Under the pieces are notes generated by a model, which was not told where the DNA came from, searched no databases, and was given only the letters and a program-made list of their open reading frames with translations. This document shows, one piece after another, positions 1-9,566 of a stretch of DNA of 64,000 nucleotides (within the stretch, counting starts at the first letter, position 1; every line of letters begins with the position of its first letter). The position numbers and the translations under genes were made by a program. This DNA comes from Alphaproteobacteria bacterium. GTDB lineage: Bacteria; Pseudomonadota; Alphaproteobacteria; Bin95. The DNA lies in contig CBDBCB010000021.1 in assembly GCA_965202745.1 (NCBI GenBank), forward strand, positions 326,295 to 390,294, in the 5' to 3' direction.

Positions 1-7
1 AAACCCC

Positions 8-964
8 ATGACTGACACCGCGGTACGCGCCGATCTCACCATTAATTCGCTTCCAGACGCACAGTTTGGTGCGTCGATATCAGGCCTGAAACCATTGGAA
101 ATGACCAATGCGCAACGCGAGGTCATCTGGGACCTCTATCGCGAGCGGCACGGGCTGCTCTGCTTTGAGTTCGACTACATGATTGCGGAGGACGAACTGC
201 ACGCTCTGACGGCGGTGTTTGGGGAGAAGGAATTTGCGCCCGGCCTGATCAATGGCATTGGCAAGCGCCCCAAGCCAGGAGAGGAGAACCTGACCGTCGA
301 GGAACAGGAAGCGCAGGTGCGGGCCGGTGGCCGTGACCCCTATATGGCCTATATCGGCAATCTGGATTGGCGGACGCTGGAGCCGAAGAACACCAGCGAC
401 AAGTTTTATGGCGAGTGGGAATGGCATACTGACATGTCCTATATCCCGCAGCCGCCGACCTTCAGCCTGCTGCACTCCCGCGTGATCCCGCTCGAAGGGG
501 GCGATACGGCCTTTTGCAGCCAAGTGATGGCGGCGAAGGAAATGCCCACGGAAATGCGGGAGAAGGTGCGGGGAAAGCTCGCCAAGCACGATTCCACCTA
601 TGGCAGCAGCGGTGAGCTGCGCCCTGGCATGACGCCGCCGGCTTCTCCCATTGAGGCGGAAGGGCATGCACACCCCATCATCCGGATCGTGCCGACCACG
701 GGTGAGGAGGCGGTTTTCCTGGGACGGCGGACGAACAATTACATTACCGGTCTGGCGCTCGAAGAGTCCGAGAAGCTGCTGGATGAGATTTGGGCGCATT
801 CGACCCAGGAGAAATACTGCTATCGTCACCGCTGGAAAGTCGGGCAGGTCGTGGTCTGGGACAACCGGATGATGCTGCACTTCCGCCATCCGGTGCCGAG
901 TGACCAGAACCGCTTCATGTGGCGGACTCAGACCAAGGGTGAAGCCGTTGTTGCGGCAGACTAA
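8..964 (+). CDS. TauD/TfdA-family Fe(II)/2-oxoglutarate-dependent dioxygenase
   Basis: 318-aa ORF with HxD iron-binding motif (WHTDMSY), a C-terminal VVWDNRMMLH...R motif typical of taurine dioxygenase-like enzymes, and a TAA stop. Confidence 0.8.
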   Translation: MTDTAVRADLTINSLPDAQFGASISGLKPLEMTNAQREVIWDLYRERHGLLCFEFDYMIAEDELHALTAVFGEKEFAPGLINGIGKRPKPGEENLTVEEQEAQVRAGGRDPYMAYIGNLDWRTLEPKNTSDKFYGEWEWHTDMSYIPQPPTFSLLHSRVIPLEGGDTAFCSQVMAAKEMPTEMREKVRGKLAKHDSTYGSSGELRPGMTPPASPIEAEGHAHPIIRIVPTTGEEAVFLGRRTNNYITGLALEESEKLLDEIWAHSTQEKYCYRHRWKVGQVVVWDNRMMLHFRHPVPSDQNRFMWRTQTKGEAVVAAD

Positions 965-979
965 GGCGTACTGGAGGCG

Positions 980-1345
980 ATGACGATGGTAACGAGCCTT
1001 ACTGAGAGTGAGTTGGAAGACTTCTGGCGGCTAACGGGGATTATCGTGTCGGTCTCCAGCGAGTTTGCGGTGCCGGGTGCGGACGATGCGCGGATTTTTG
1101 CGGACATTGTCGCGTCGCTGGACCCTGACGAGGGCCGGGTGCGGGAAGCGCTTGCTGCCTTAAGAGAGGCTTGTGGCGGCAGCTTTGCGGACCTGGATGA
1201 CGGACGAGCCGAGGCTGAGGCGCTGGCGCTGATGGACCGCGGCGGACCGGAGATCAGGGCGCTGGAGCAGGGTGCCTTTGAACTGCTGGATGCGGTGCGG
1301 GGCAGGCCCCGGATGTGGCGCGATGTCGATGGCTTTGGATCATAG
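980..1345 (+). CDS. hypothetical protein (acidic, 121 aa)
   Basis: ORF in a coding-dense region between the dioxygenase and the GMC oxidoreductase. No recognisable domain. The opposite-strand 202-aa ORF is low-complexity. Confidence 0.4.
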   Translation: MTMVTSLTESELEDFWRLTGIIVSVSSEFAVPGADDARIFADIVASLDPDEGRVREALAALREACGGSFADLDDGRAEAEALALMDRGGPEIRALEQGAFELLDAVRGRPRMWRDVDGFGS

Positions 1346-1357
1346 GGGAAGGCTGCA

Positions 1358-2970
1358 ATGAGCATGGACATAAATGCACCCCGGCCGACTGATGAGATCG
1401 TCGATGTACTGATCATCGGCTCCGGCGCGTCGGACGCTGCGGTGGCCTGGAGCCTGGCCGATACGCGAATGCGCATCCTCTGCCTGGAGCAGGGGGACTG
1501 GCTGAAGCCGACACACTTTCCCACCAACGGCCGGGATTGGGAGGCGCAGCGATTCAGTGACTCCGCCATCCTGCCGAACAGGCGGGGCCTGCCGGCGGAC
1601 TATCCGGTCAACGACGACAATTCTCTGATGAAGCTGGCGAACTACAACGCGGTCGGCGGCGCAACCGTACACTACACCGCGCACTTCCCGCGGATGCATC
1701 CCGCCGACTTTAAAGTGAAGAGCCTGGATGGGATCGCCGACGACTGGCCGCTCGACTATTGGACGCTGGAGCCCTTTTTCGCGGAGAACGACCGGATAAT
1801 GGGTGTCGCCTGGCTGGCGGGCGACCCGTCCTATCTGGCCCATGAACCGACCATGCCGCCGGTGCCGCTGGGCAAGACCGACACACGCTATGCACAGGCG
1901 ACGAACAAGCTCGGCTGGCACTGGTGGCCATCGGAAATTGCCGTCAACACTGTCGAGTATGATGGCCGCGCTGCCTGTATCAACCTGGGCAACTGCACAT
2001 CAGGCTGCGCGCAAGGGGCCAAGGCCAGCGTGGACATCACCTATTGGCCGGCGACCATCCGTGCCGGAGTCGAACTGCGTACCAACTGCCGCGTGCGGGA
2101 AATTCTGACCAACGAAAACGGCATGGCGTCGGGCGTGGTCTATTTCGACCCGGAGGGTGTCGAGCGGTTTAAGCCTGCGGAGGTGGTGATCCTGGCGGCG
2201 AATGGCGTCGGCACACCGCGGCTACTGTTGAACTCGACGTCTGGGCGCTTTCCCAATGGGCTGGCGAATTCGTCGGGGCTGGTAGGTAAGAACCTGATGC
2301 TGCATCCCTGGCCGCAGGTCACCGGCTATGTGGATGAGGAGGTCGATGGCGACCGCGACCCCCAGACCTGCATGTGGGGCAAGGAGTTTTACGAAACCGA
2401 CCGTTCGCGGGGCTTTGTGCGTGGCTATACACTGCAATATGCCCGTGGCACTGGGCCGGTGAACGAGGCGGTACAGAGTGCGGCGGCCGGGCGGTTGCCA
2501 TGGGGCCGTGACCATCACCGGGTTTACCGCACGCTCTATCAACGGCGCTTGCAGATCGGCATTGCCTGCGAGGACCTGCCGGAGGAGTACAACCGGGTGA
2601 CATTCGACCCAGTGCTGAAAGATAGCCACGGTATTCCCGCGCCGAAGATCGACTACACGACACGAAGGCGATGATGGAGCATGGCATCGCGCGCGCGACG
2701 GAAATTCTGGAGGCGGCGGGCGCCAAGAACATCTCTAGCTCGCGTACGGAACTGAACTATCCGGGGCACCTGTTGGGTACGGCGCGGATGGGCCTGGAGC
2801 GCTCCGTCGTGAACGAGTGGGGCCGCAGCCACGACGTGAAGAATCTGTTCATCGTGGATGGCTCGATTTGGGTGACGTCCGGCGGCGTGAACCCAACGTC
2901 AACGATTCAGGCGCTGGCGCTCTATATCGCCGACCAAATGAAACAACGGCTGGCGAACCTGTTTGATTGA
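1358..2970 (+). pseudogene. GMC-family FAD oxidoreductase, single frameshift near 2665-2675
   Basis: The N-terminal FAD fold (VLIIGSGASDAAVAWSLAD) continues to 2674. The typical GMC C-terminal domain (GTARMG..., DGSIWVTSGGVNPTSTIQALA) continues in another frame from 2671. The two ORFs overlap by 4 bp. Confidence 0.8.
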
Positions 2971-2980
2971 GGGGGGGGGG
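2971..2980. repeat. G10 homopolymer tract immediately after the GMC stop codon
   Basis: gggggggggg read directly in the sequence. Confidence 0.9.
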
Positions 2981-3000
2981 TGTCGATCAAATATAGCCCT

Positions 3001-3240
3001 CATCGTGAGCCTGTCGAAGGATGCGTTCGGCCCGGGAAGGTCATCATTCGACAGGCTCACGATGAAGGAACAGGCTCAGGATATCGTCCACCGAGCGGTT
3101 GGAAGGTTCTAGCAGGTTGCTGAAAAAGTTCTTAGCTGAACTGAAACGCCATCCTTCGACAGGCTCAGGATGAAGAGGTTTTGCTGAAGCTTGTTAAAAA
3201 CCAACAAGAGTTTACCCTTCACCCTGAGCCTGTCAAATGG
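3001..3240. repeat. REP-like palindromic units: four or five copies of a ~23-bp element (CAYCSTGAGCCTGTCGAAGGATG) forming two long hairpins
   Basis: Unit at 3001-3023 and its inverted copy at 3044-3066; units at 3151-3175 and 3216-3240 in inverted orientation; a partial unit at 3068-3085. Confidence 0.7.
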
Positions 3241-3296
3241 TGATGGTAGAGGTGCAGGCGTTTTTAACAGCCTGTTAGGCCGCTTGAATTTTGAAG

Positions 3297-3415
3297 ATCC
3301 GGGCTCTCCGCCCGGCGTCCGGCCGGGAAAGGCGTACCTTTATAGCTTGATTAAACAAGCCACCTTTCCCGGCCGGATCGCCGGGCTTGACCCGGCGGGA
3401 GAGCCGGGATCCCAG
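3297..3415. repeat. GC-rich imperfect inverted repeat (~30-bp arms: ctctccgcccggcgtccggccgggaaagg / cctttcccggccggatcgccgggc...gggagag)
   Basis: Read directly. The arms are separated by about 35 bp. Confidence 0.5.
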
Positions 3416-3432
3416 TAGGGCGAGAGCTTAGT

Positions 3433-3923
3433 TGTTCCATTCCGGCTGATCAGATAGCCCCTCGTCGCTCTGCGTTTTTCATGGCACGCTGTGTTTTGAC
3501 CGAGGCGCGGGATGGGAGAGCGACATGGTGATCAAGCTTCACAGTCAGGCGACGACGCCACCGAAGATCAGGGCGGCCATACAGGCCAGTGACGACCCTG
3601 CGTGGGTTCTTGCCGAGCGTCACGGGACCACGGAACAGACCGTATGGAAATGGCACCAGCGTGCCAGCGTGGAGGATCGCAGCCACACGCCCCATCGCCT
3701 TCAGACGACGTTGACGCCAGCGCAGGAAGCTGTCGCGGTGGCCTTCCGCAAGACGCTTTTGGTCTCGCTGGATGATCTGCTGGCGGTGGTGTGCGAGTTC
3801 TTGAACCCGAAGGCCTCCCGCTCTGGCCTTGACCGCTGCTTGCGTCGGCATGGCGTGGGGCCCTGCGCACCCTGAAAGCATCATCGCCCCGGCCAAAGCA
3901 CAGCGCCTTCAAAGCCTATGAAC
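3433..3923 (+). mobile_element. IS481-family element copy 1, 5' fragment only, cut by IS256 copy A
   Basis: The left end TGTTCCATTCCGGCTGATCAGATAGCCCCTCG matches the ends at about 56530 and 63220. It carries the first ~116 codons of the transposase (3525-3875) and is preceded by CTTAGT. Confidence 0.85.
3525..3875 (+). pseudogene. IS481-family transposase N-terminal fragment
   Basis: MVIKLHSQATTPPKIRAAIQASDDPAWVLAERHGTTEQTVWKW... is identical in pattern to the ORFs at 55581-56450 and 62706-63128. Confidence 0.8.
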
Positions 3924-5296
3924 CGAGCTATGGCGAAAGTTGGTGACGGCTTGATCAGGCGGCGTTTTGCATTTGTTTGATCCCGTCGATGAATGCAATG
4001 CCCTGGATTATCCCAGGCATGCGATTTGCGCCGTCGCGCTTTCGCCATTTGCCCTGCGCTGACATCAGGAGCCTGACCGCCATGGCGAGGGCGGTCTTTC
4101 GGCTCAGACAGCCTTTGGTTTTACCTGTCCGGTGACACACCGTCGCGAAGGCGCTTTCGATGGGATGGGTGGTTCTGATGTGTTTCCACTGTTCTGCCGG
4201 GAAATCATAGAAGGCCAGCAGCACGTCACGGTCTTTGATCCATTTGGCTACCGCTTGTTCGTCTTTCACGCCGTAGGTCTCGATGAAGAAATCGCAGGCC
4301 GCCATGGCTTCGGCCTTCGTCTCTGCCTGCCAGATGTCGTGCAGGGGGCCTTTGGCTTTCGCTTGCACCGATTGGGGCATTGCCTTCAGCCCATTGCCGG
4401 TTTTATGGAACCAGCAGCGCTGTTCTGCGGTCGCGCCGAAGACCGCGCGAAGGGCGGCCCAGAAGCCCAGTGCACCGTCGCCTACCGCGAGATCGGGCGC
4501 GTGATTGAGGCCGCGCCGCTTGAGGTCGAGCAGGAGCGCGCGCCAGCTTTGGGTCCTTTCGCGATAGCCGTCGATCAGCCCCAGTATCTCCTTTCGGCCC
4601 CATTCATCCGCGCCGATCAGCACCAGAACACATTGCTTTTCTTCCATCCTTGGCTGGAAATAGACGCCATCCGCCCAGACATAGACGATGCGCCGGGCGC
4701 TGAGATCGCGCTTCTGCCAGCGGTCGTACTCCTCCCACCAATCGGACTTCAGCCGCGAGATGGTGGGGGACGACAGGCCCGCCGCGTTCGGCCCGAGCAG
4801 CGCGGCCAAGGCCGCCTGAAAATCGCCCGTGGAAATGCCGTTGAGGGAAAGCCAGGGCAGCAAGTCCTCGACGGACTTCGCCTTGCGCAGATACGGTGGC
4901 AGGATCGAAGAAGAGAACCGACCCTTCTCAGCCTGCCGATCACGATCCCGCCCGCGTGGCCCTTTCACGGGCACTGGGCCAATCCCGGTCATTCCCTCTC
5001 GTTCTGGCAGGTGAGCGTGACGAACGACCCGCGCGGGCCCCTCGGGCGTCGTCTCATTGGAAAATGGCGCAAGCCATGCGCTCCACTCAGCTTCAAGCGC
5101 TTGCTCGATCAACTGCCGCGCCCCGGAACGGATCAAATCCGTCAGCGGATCGGCGGAAAATCCCTTGGGATGGGGCAACGCGGTGATGGTATCTCTCGTC
5201 ATGGGGCATAGCCTTTTCTCAGCGAGAATTGCGGCGCGGGAACAACGCCATGATATGCCGCCCCTCAGGAAAATCACCAACTGTCAGCTGTTTCTC
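3924..5296 (-). mobile_element. IS256-family insertion sequence copy A (1373 bp), no target-site duplication
   Basis: More than 99% identical to copy B (14150-15522). Ends GAGAAACAGCTGACAGTTGGTGA... / ...CACCAACTTTCGCCATAGCTC. Flanks are CTATGAAC and GGCGCATT. Confidence 0.9.
3955..5280 (-). CDS. IS256-family (mutator-type) transposase
   Basis: 441-aa ORF with a DDE region (VWADGVYF, CWFHKTGN, HPIESAF). It differs from copy B at two residues. Confidence 0.9.
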   Translation of the reverse strand: MVIFLRGGISWRCSRAAILAEKRLCPMTRDTITALPHPKGFSADPLTDLIRSGARQLIEQALEAEWSAWLAPFSNETTPEGPARVVRHAHLPEREGMTGIGPVPVKGPRGRDRDRQAEKGRFSSSILPPYLRKAKSVEDLLPWLSLNGISTGDFQAALAALLGPNAAGLSSPTISRLKSDWWEEYDRWQKRDLSARRIVYVWADGVYFQPRMEEKQCVLVLIGADEWGRKEILGLIDGYRERTQSWRALLLDLKRRGLNHAPDLAVGDGALGFWAALRAVFGATAEQRCWFHKTGNGLKAMPQSVQAKAKGPLHDIWQAETKAEAMAACDFFIETYGVKDEQAVAKWIKDRDVLLAFYDFPAEQWKHIRTTHPIESAFATVCHRTGKTKGCLSRKTALAMAVRLLMSAQGKWRKRDGANRMPGIIQGIAFIDGIKQMQNAA

Positions 5297-7045
5297 GGCG
5301 CATTGCTGGCGACTGGTGTCGCCTATGTGCTGCCTCCGGTTTACGAGTCGACGGCCAAAATTTTGGTCGAAAGCCCTAAAATTCCAACGTCACTGGCCCA
5401 GTCAACGGTGACTGTTTCTGCGTTGGAACGGCTGCAAACAATTCAACAGCGAATTCTGGCCCGGGAAAATGTTCTGGATGTTATTGAGCGTCTGAACCTG
5501 TTTGCCGACCAGCCGGAACTCACGCCGACAGAGAAAGTCGACCGGATCCGCGCCGGTACGAGAATTGACATTATTGCCTTCAATTCGGCGGCCGGACGGC
5601 GGGCATCCAGAAACGCGCCAGTCACCGTGTCATCCTTTACGATCACCTATCGCCCGCCGACCAAAGACATCACGGCGCGGGTGGCCAATGAACTCGTCAC
5701 CCGTGTGTTGGAGCTGAACCTTCAGGCGCGGTCCGATCAAGCGCAGCAGACCCATGACTTTTTTACCCAGGAAGTGGAGCGCTATGCTGCGGATTTGATC
5801 GCGATTGAAACGGAAATCGCGAACTACAAGAACCAGAACGAAGGTTCGGCCCCGAACACGTTGCAGTCACGGCAAGGTCTGTTGCAGGGCGTGATTGCCC
5901 AATTGTTCAACAACAAGCAGCAGCAGGAACAGTTGCAACAGCAATTGGCAACGCTCAAAGAGACGTTGCGTACCCTGCGATCCCTGCCGACGCCAACGCA
6001 GAACCTGACCCAGGAAGAGCGTCAGCTGGCGGCGTTGAAGGCACAATTAACGGTTGAAGAACCACTGCTGACCGACGCTCACCCGACCGTCAAACAGCTT
6101 CGCCAGCAGATCGCTGCTATGGAGAAAGTGGTGAGTGGAAGCGGCAGCCAGACTAACTCCTCCAGTTCGGCCCAGACGCTCCAGATCACCAACCTGGAAG
6201 GGCAGATCAAGCACCTGCAAGAGCAGGAGGCGCGGGATTCAGAGCGTAAGGTTAAACTCGAAGCATCCATTGCCGACACGCCACGCGTGGAAATGGCGAT
6301 GAATGCTTTCAATCGCCGCCATGATGATCTGCGCATCCGCTATCAGGCTGCAGTGAACAAGCAGGCCGCGGCGGCGACCGGCGAGAAGTTGGAACTGGAC
6401 CAGAAGGCAGAGCGCTTTGAGCTCATTGAGCAGGCGCGCATCCCTCTGGCTCCGGTGGCGCCGAAACGGACTTTGATCGCGGCCGGCGGGGCGTTTGTGG
6501 CGCTCGGCGCCGGGTTTGCGCTGGCCCTGTTGCTGGAGATCCTCAGCTCCGCTATTCGCACGAGCGCAGACCTTCAGCGCACAGTGCAGCTGCGCCCGAT
6601 GGTGATCGTCCCCTATATTTATACGCCAGCGGAACGTCAGAAGCGCCGGTTTGTGGAGGTGTTTGCAGTGCTTCTGTTCATCGTTGTTTTGCCAAGCTCA
6701 ATCTGGCTGGTGGACCAGTACGTCCTGCCGATTGAGAAGGTGTCAGAGACAGTCATGAAAAAAAACCGCGCTTCAAAAGGTTTGGCTTTCGATCAAAGCG
6801 CGCCTGATCTGAGGAGAGTAAGGTGGTTAAACGCCTTAAGGATGCCATCAACAAAGCGCGCGAGCGACGGGAAGCCGGCGTCAGTGCGCCTGTCGAACCA
6901 CCGCCGCCGGTCGGTGAAACAACCCAGTCTGCGAATGAGTTACGGGACGCTATGCTGGCGGCCGTATCCAAGGGGCCCGGCGGGGTGCCTGGTACCACAC
7001 GGCGCGTGGCGGTGGATGAGGAATGGGCTTCGCTGCCGCAGTTGA
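5255..7045 (+). CDS. polysaccharide chain-length determinant (Wzz/GumC/ExoP N-terminal domain family), 5' end replaced by IS256-derived codons
   Basis: TM1 (LFLGALLATGVAYVLPPVYESTAKILVESP), a long coiled-coil periplasmic domain, and TM2 (LIAAGGAFVALGAGFALALLLEIL). The first 14 codons, including the ATG, lie inside IS256 copy A. The 3' 222 bp overlap the next gene in another frame. Confidence 0.7.
   Translation: MPPLRKITNCQLFLGALLATGVAYVLPPVYESTAKILVESPKIPTSLAQSTVTVSALERLQTIQQRILARENVLDVIERLNLFADQPELTPTEKVDRIRAGTRIDIIAFNSAAGRRASRNAPVTVSSFTITYRPPTKDITARVANELVTRVLELNLQARSDQAQQTHDFFTQEVERYAADLIAIETEIANYKNQNEGSAPNTLQSRQGLLQGVIAQLFNNKQQQEQLQQQLATLKETLRTLRSLPTPTQNLTQEERQLAALKAQLTVEEPLLTDAHPTVKQLRQQIAAMEKVVSGSGSQTNSSSSAQTLQITNLEGQIKHLQEQEARDSERKVKLEASIADTPRVEMAMNAFNRRHDDLRIRYQAAVNKQAAAATGEKLELDQKAERFELIEQARIPLAPVAPKRTLIAAGGAFVALGAGFALALLLEILSSAIRTSADLQRTVQLRPMVIVPYIYTPAERQKRRFVEVFAVLLFIVVLPSSIWLVDQYVLPIEKVSETVMKKNRASKGLAFDQSAPDLRRVRWLNALRMPSTKRASDGKPASVRLSNHRRRSVKQPSLRMSYGTLCWRPYPRGPAGCLVPHGAWRWMRNGLRCRS
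6758..6765. repeat. A8 homopolymer tract in the 3' region of the Wzz-like ORF
   Basis: atgaaaaaaaaccgc read directly. Confidence 0.9.
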
Positions 7046-7722
7046 CCCTCAATCCGGCGCTGCTGGACCAGCACAGGATTGTTTCGTACCGCAAGTCGCA
7101 CCCGGCTCACCTGGGCTTCGACATGTTGCGCACACGGCTGCTGAATATTCTGCGCACCAACGGATGGAACCGCCTGGCGATTACCTCGCCGACGAAAAAT
7201 TGCGGCAAGACGATGGTGGGCTTGAACTTGGCACTGTCTCTCGGCCATCAAAATGACTTGCGATCCATGTTCTTGGATATGGATATGCGTTCGCCGACAG
7301 CGGCCAAGTATCTGGATGTCCGGGAGAAAATCTCCATAGCAGACTTTCTGCAGGGCACCTTGGAACCTGACCAGTTTCTGCGGCGTGCCGACTCCAATCT
7401 GGCGTTTGGCTTGAACACAGAGTATGTTCCGGTGCCGGCGGAATTGCTCCATCACGAACGGACCAAGGCTGTGTTGGCATCGACCCTGACCCGCTACCGG
7501 CCCAATGTGGTGGTCTATGATCTGCCGCCGGTTCTGGTGAGCGACGATGTCATGGCGTTTCTGCCCCACGTTGACTGTGTGATGATGGTTGCCTCTGCAG
7601 GGCGCACCAAGCCCAAGGAAATCCGCGAAGCCGAGCAGATTCTGGGCGATCAGACGAACTTCCTGAGCGTCATGTTGAACAAGTTCAAGGAAAAGACCGG
7701 ACACGGCCACTATTACCAATAG
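6823..7722 (+). CDS. BY-kinase/ExoP C-terminal-domain-like P-loop protein (degenerate Walker A)
   Basis: ITSPTKNCGKTMVGLNLALSLG is Walker-A-like, and VVVYDLPPVL... is Walker-B-like. It sits immediately after the Wzz-like gene. Confidence 0.65.
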   Translation: MVKRLKDAINKARERREAGVSAPVEPPPPVGETTQSANELRDAMLAAVSKGPGGVPGTTRRVAVDEEWASLPQLTLNPALLDQHRIVSYRKSHPAHLGFDMLRTRLLNILRTNGWNRLAITSPTKNCGKTMVGLNLALSLGHQNDLRSMFLDMDMRSPTAAKYLDVREKISIADFLQGTLEPDQFLRRADSNLAFGLNTEYVPVPAELLHHERTKAVLASTLTRYRPNVVVYDLPPVLVSDDVMAFLPHVDCVMMVASAGRTKPKEIREAEQILGDQTNFLSVMLNKFKEKTGHGHYYQ

Positions 7723-7816
7723 CGCCTGCCGCAGTTGGTGCCTGGCCGGTTTCCCCCTTGGTTCGGTGGCCAAATGGGGCGATCATGAATACCCGCACAA
7801 TCGGGCGTTATGTTGG

Positions 7817-7868
7817 TGGTTCGATGCAAACTGATGGGCACCATCCATTTGCATCGAACCACTAGGAG
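7817..7868 (+). promoter_or_regulatory. 14-bp-stem hairpin (TGGTTCGATGCAAA ... TTTGCATCGAACCA) whose 3' arm abuts the ggt Shine-Dalgarno sequence (AGGAGG)
   Basis: Read directly. The loop is 18 nt. A related 17-mer (ATGTTGGTGGTTCGATG) recurs at 35085-35101. Confidence 0.5.
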
Positions 7869-7871
7869 GTA

Positions 7872-9563
7872 TTGATGACGCGGCTCTGTATTGCCATCGC
7901 CGGACTGATTTTCGCCGTAGTCGTCGGGCTGAGTCAGGCTGGTCTTGCCTCGCGCATGGTGGTGACCGCTCACCCATTGGCGAGCCAAGCGGGGCTGGAA
8001 GTGTTGCAACGCGGTGGTTCTGCCATTGACGCTGCAGTGGCAGCCCAGATGGTTCTGACCTTGGTTGAGCCGCAGTCCAGCGGTATTGGCGGCGGCGCTT
8101 TCCTGCTGCATTACCAATCGGCCGATAAGCGGCTGCGTGCGTTTGACGGCCGGGAAACCGCGCCGTCCGCTGCTGGGGAAGGGTTATTTCTTCGCGTCGA
8201 TGGCCAGCCGATGAAATGTCAGCAAGCGCGGCAGGGCGGCCGTTCTGTGGGCGTGCCAGGCGTCGTGCGCATGTTGGCCTCGGCGCATCAGATTTATGGG
8301 AAACTGCCGTGGAGCAGTTTGTTCCAGCAAGCTATCGCTCTGGCAGAAAGCGGATTTCCGGTCCCTCAACGCTTGCATCAGGCGATAAGTAAGGTACCGG
8401 ACTGGTCACAACTGCCGACAGCCGCAGCCTATTTTCTGGATCCGGCGGGGGAGCCCTGGCCGGTAGGGCACCTTTTGAAAAACCCGGCCCTGGCGTCAAC
8501 ATTCCGCACGCTTGCCGTCAATCCGGACGGTCTGAACACTGGGCCAATCGCCGAAGCGATCGCCGCGGCTGTCACCGGCTATTCCGCAAATCCCGGCGTC
8601 ATGTCCGTAGCGGATTTGGCCGGGTATCAGCCCAAGGAACGCTTGCCGGTGTGCGGGCCTTATCTGGCCTTAACACTCTGCGGAATGCCGCCGCCATCTT
8701 CCGGCGGGCCGACCGTTTTGATGATCCTTGGGCTGGCTGAGCGTTTGGGCCTGCATCGCCTGACGCATACGTCGCCGGAATGGGCGCATCTGTTTGCAGA
8801 GGCGGGACGGGTGGCATTCGCCGACCGGAACCAGTACATGGCTGATCCTAACTATGTGCATCAACCGATTGTCGGCCTGTTGGACAAGACCTATCTGGAT
8901 GGCCGGGCCCGGATGATTTCTGCCGACAATGCGCTCGGCAAGGTACAAGCGGGTGTACCGTCGGAAAATCGGGGCGATGTTCTGGCACCGGACGCCGGAT
9001 TGACAGAGCGCGGTACCTCTCATCTGTCGATTGTTGATGGCGATGGCAATATTGTCTCGATGACGACGACCGTTGAGGCCTCCTTGGGCTCACGGTTGAT
9101 GGTCGGCGGCTTTATGCTGAACAACGAACTGACCGACTTCTCGTTCTCCCCGGAGAAAGATGGCAAGCCGGTTGCCAATCGTGTGGAACCGGGGAAGCGT
9201 CCGCGCAGTTCCATGGCGCCGATGATTGCGTTCGGTGCCGATGGCAGGCCCGTGCTGGTAGCAGGCTCGCCCGGTGGCTCCCGTATTATTGGCTATGTCG
9301 CGGCAGCCATGGCCAGGATCCTGGGGAATGGCGTGGACCCTCAAACGGCGGTTGAGGCTGGGCACGTTATCAACCGGAACACCGCAAAAACAGAAGTTGA
9401 GGAAGGGCCAGGCAGCACGTCGTTGGCTGATTCACTGGCCGTATTCGGTCACGATGTTAAGGTGCGGGAGCTGACCAGCGGTCTGCATTTAATCCAGATT
9501 ACGCCAGAAGGCTTGGTCCCCGGCGTTGACCCCCGCCGGGAAGGCCTGGCCGCAGGAGATTAA
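7872..9563 (+). CDS. ggt: gamma-glutamyltranspeptidase
   Basis: 563 aa with a signal peptide, the autoprocessing Thr motif TSHLSIVDGDGNIVSMTTTVE, and GGxRI near the C-terminus. Confidence 0.9.
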   Translation: MMTRLCIAIAGLIFAVVVGLSQAGLASRMVVTAHPLASQAGLEVLQRGGSAIDAAVAAQMVLTLVEPQSSGIGGGAFLLHYQSADKRLRAFDGRETAPSAAGEGLFLRVDGQPMKCQQARQGGRSVGVPGVVRMLASAHQIYGKLPWSSLFQQAIALAESGFPVPQRLHQAISKVPDWSQLPTAAAYFLDPAGEPWPVGHLLKNPALASTFRTLAVNPDGLNTGPIAEAIAAAVTGYSANPGVMSVADLAGYQPKERLPVCGPYLALTLCGMPPPSSGGPTVLMILGLAERLGLHRLTHTSPEWAHLFAEAGRVAFADRNQYMADPNYVHQPIVGLLDKTYLDGRARMISADNALGKVQAGVPSENRGDVLAPDAGLTERGTSHLSIVDGDGNIVSMTTTVEASLGSRLMVGGFMLNNELTDFSFSPEKDGKPVANRVEPGKRPRSSMAPMIAFGADGRPVLVAGSPGGSRIIGYVAAAMARILGNGVDPQTAVEAGHVINRNTAKTEVEEGPGSTSLADSLAVFGHDVKVRELTSGLHLIQITPEGLVPGVDPRREGLAAGD

Positions 9564-9566
9564 TCA

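Noticed and set aside
5057-5254. The first 66 codons of the 662-aa ORF (MENGASHALHSASSACSINC...)
   Set aside because: This stretch lies entirely inside IS256 copy A, and the identical peptide is produced antisense in copy B (13613-14389). It is IS read-through, not part of the Wzz-like protein.
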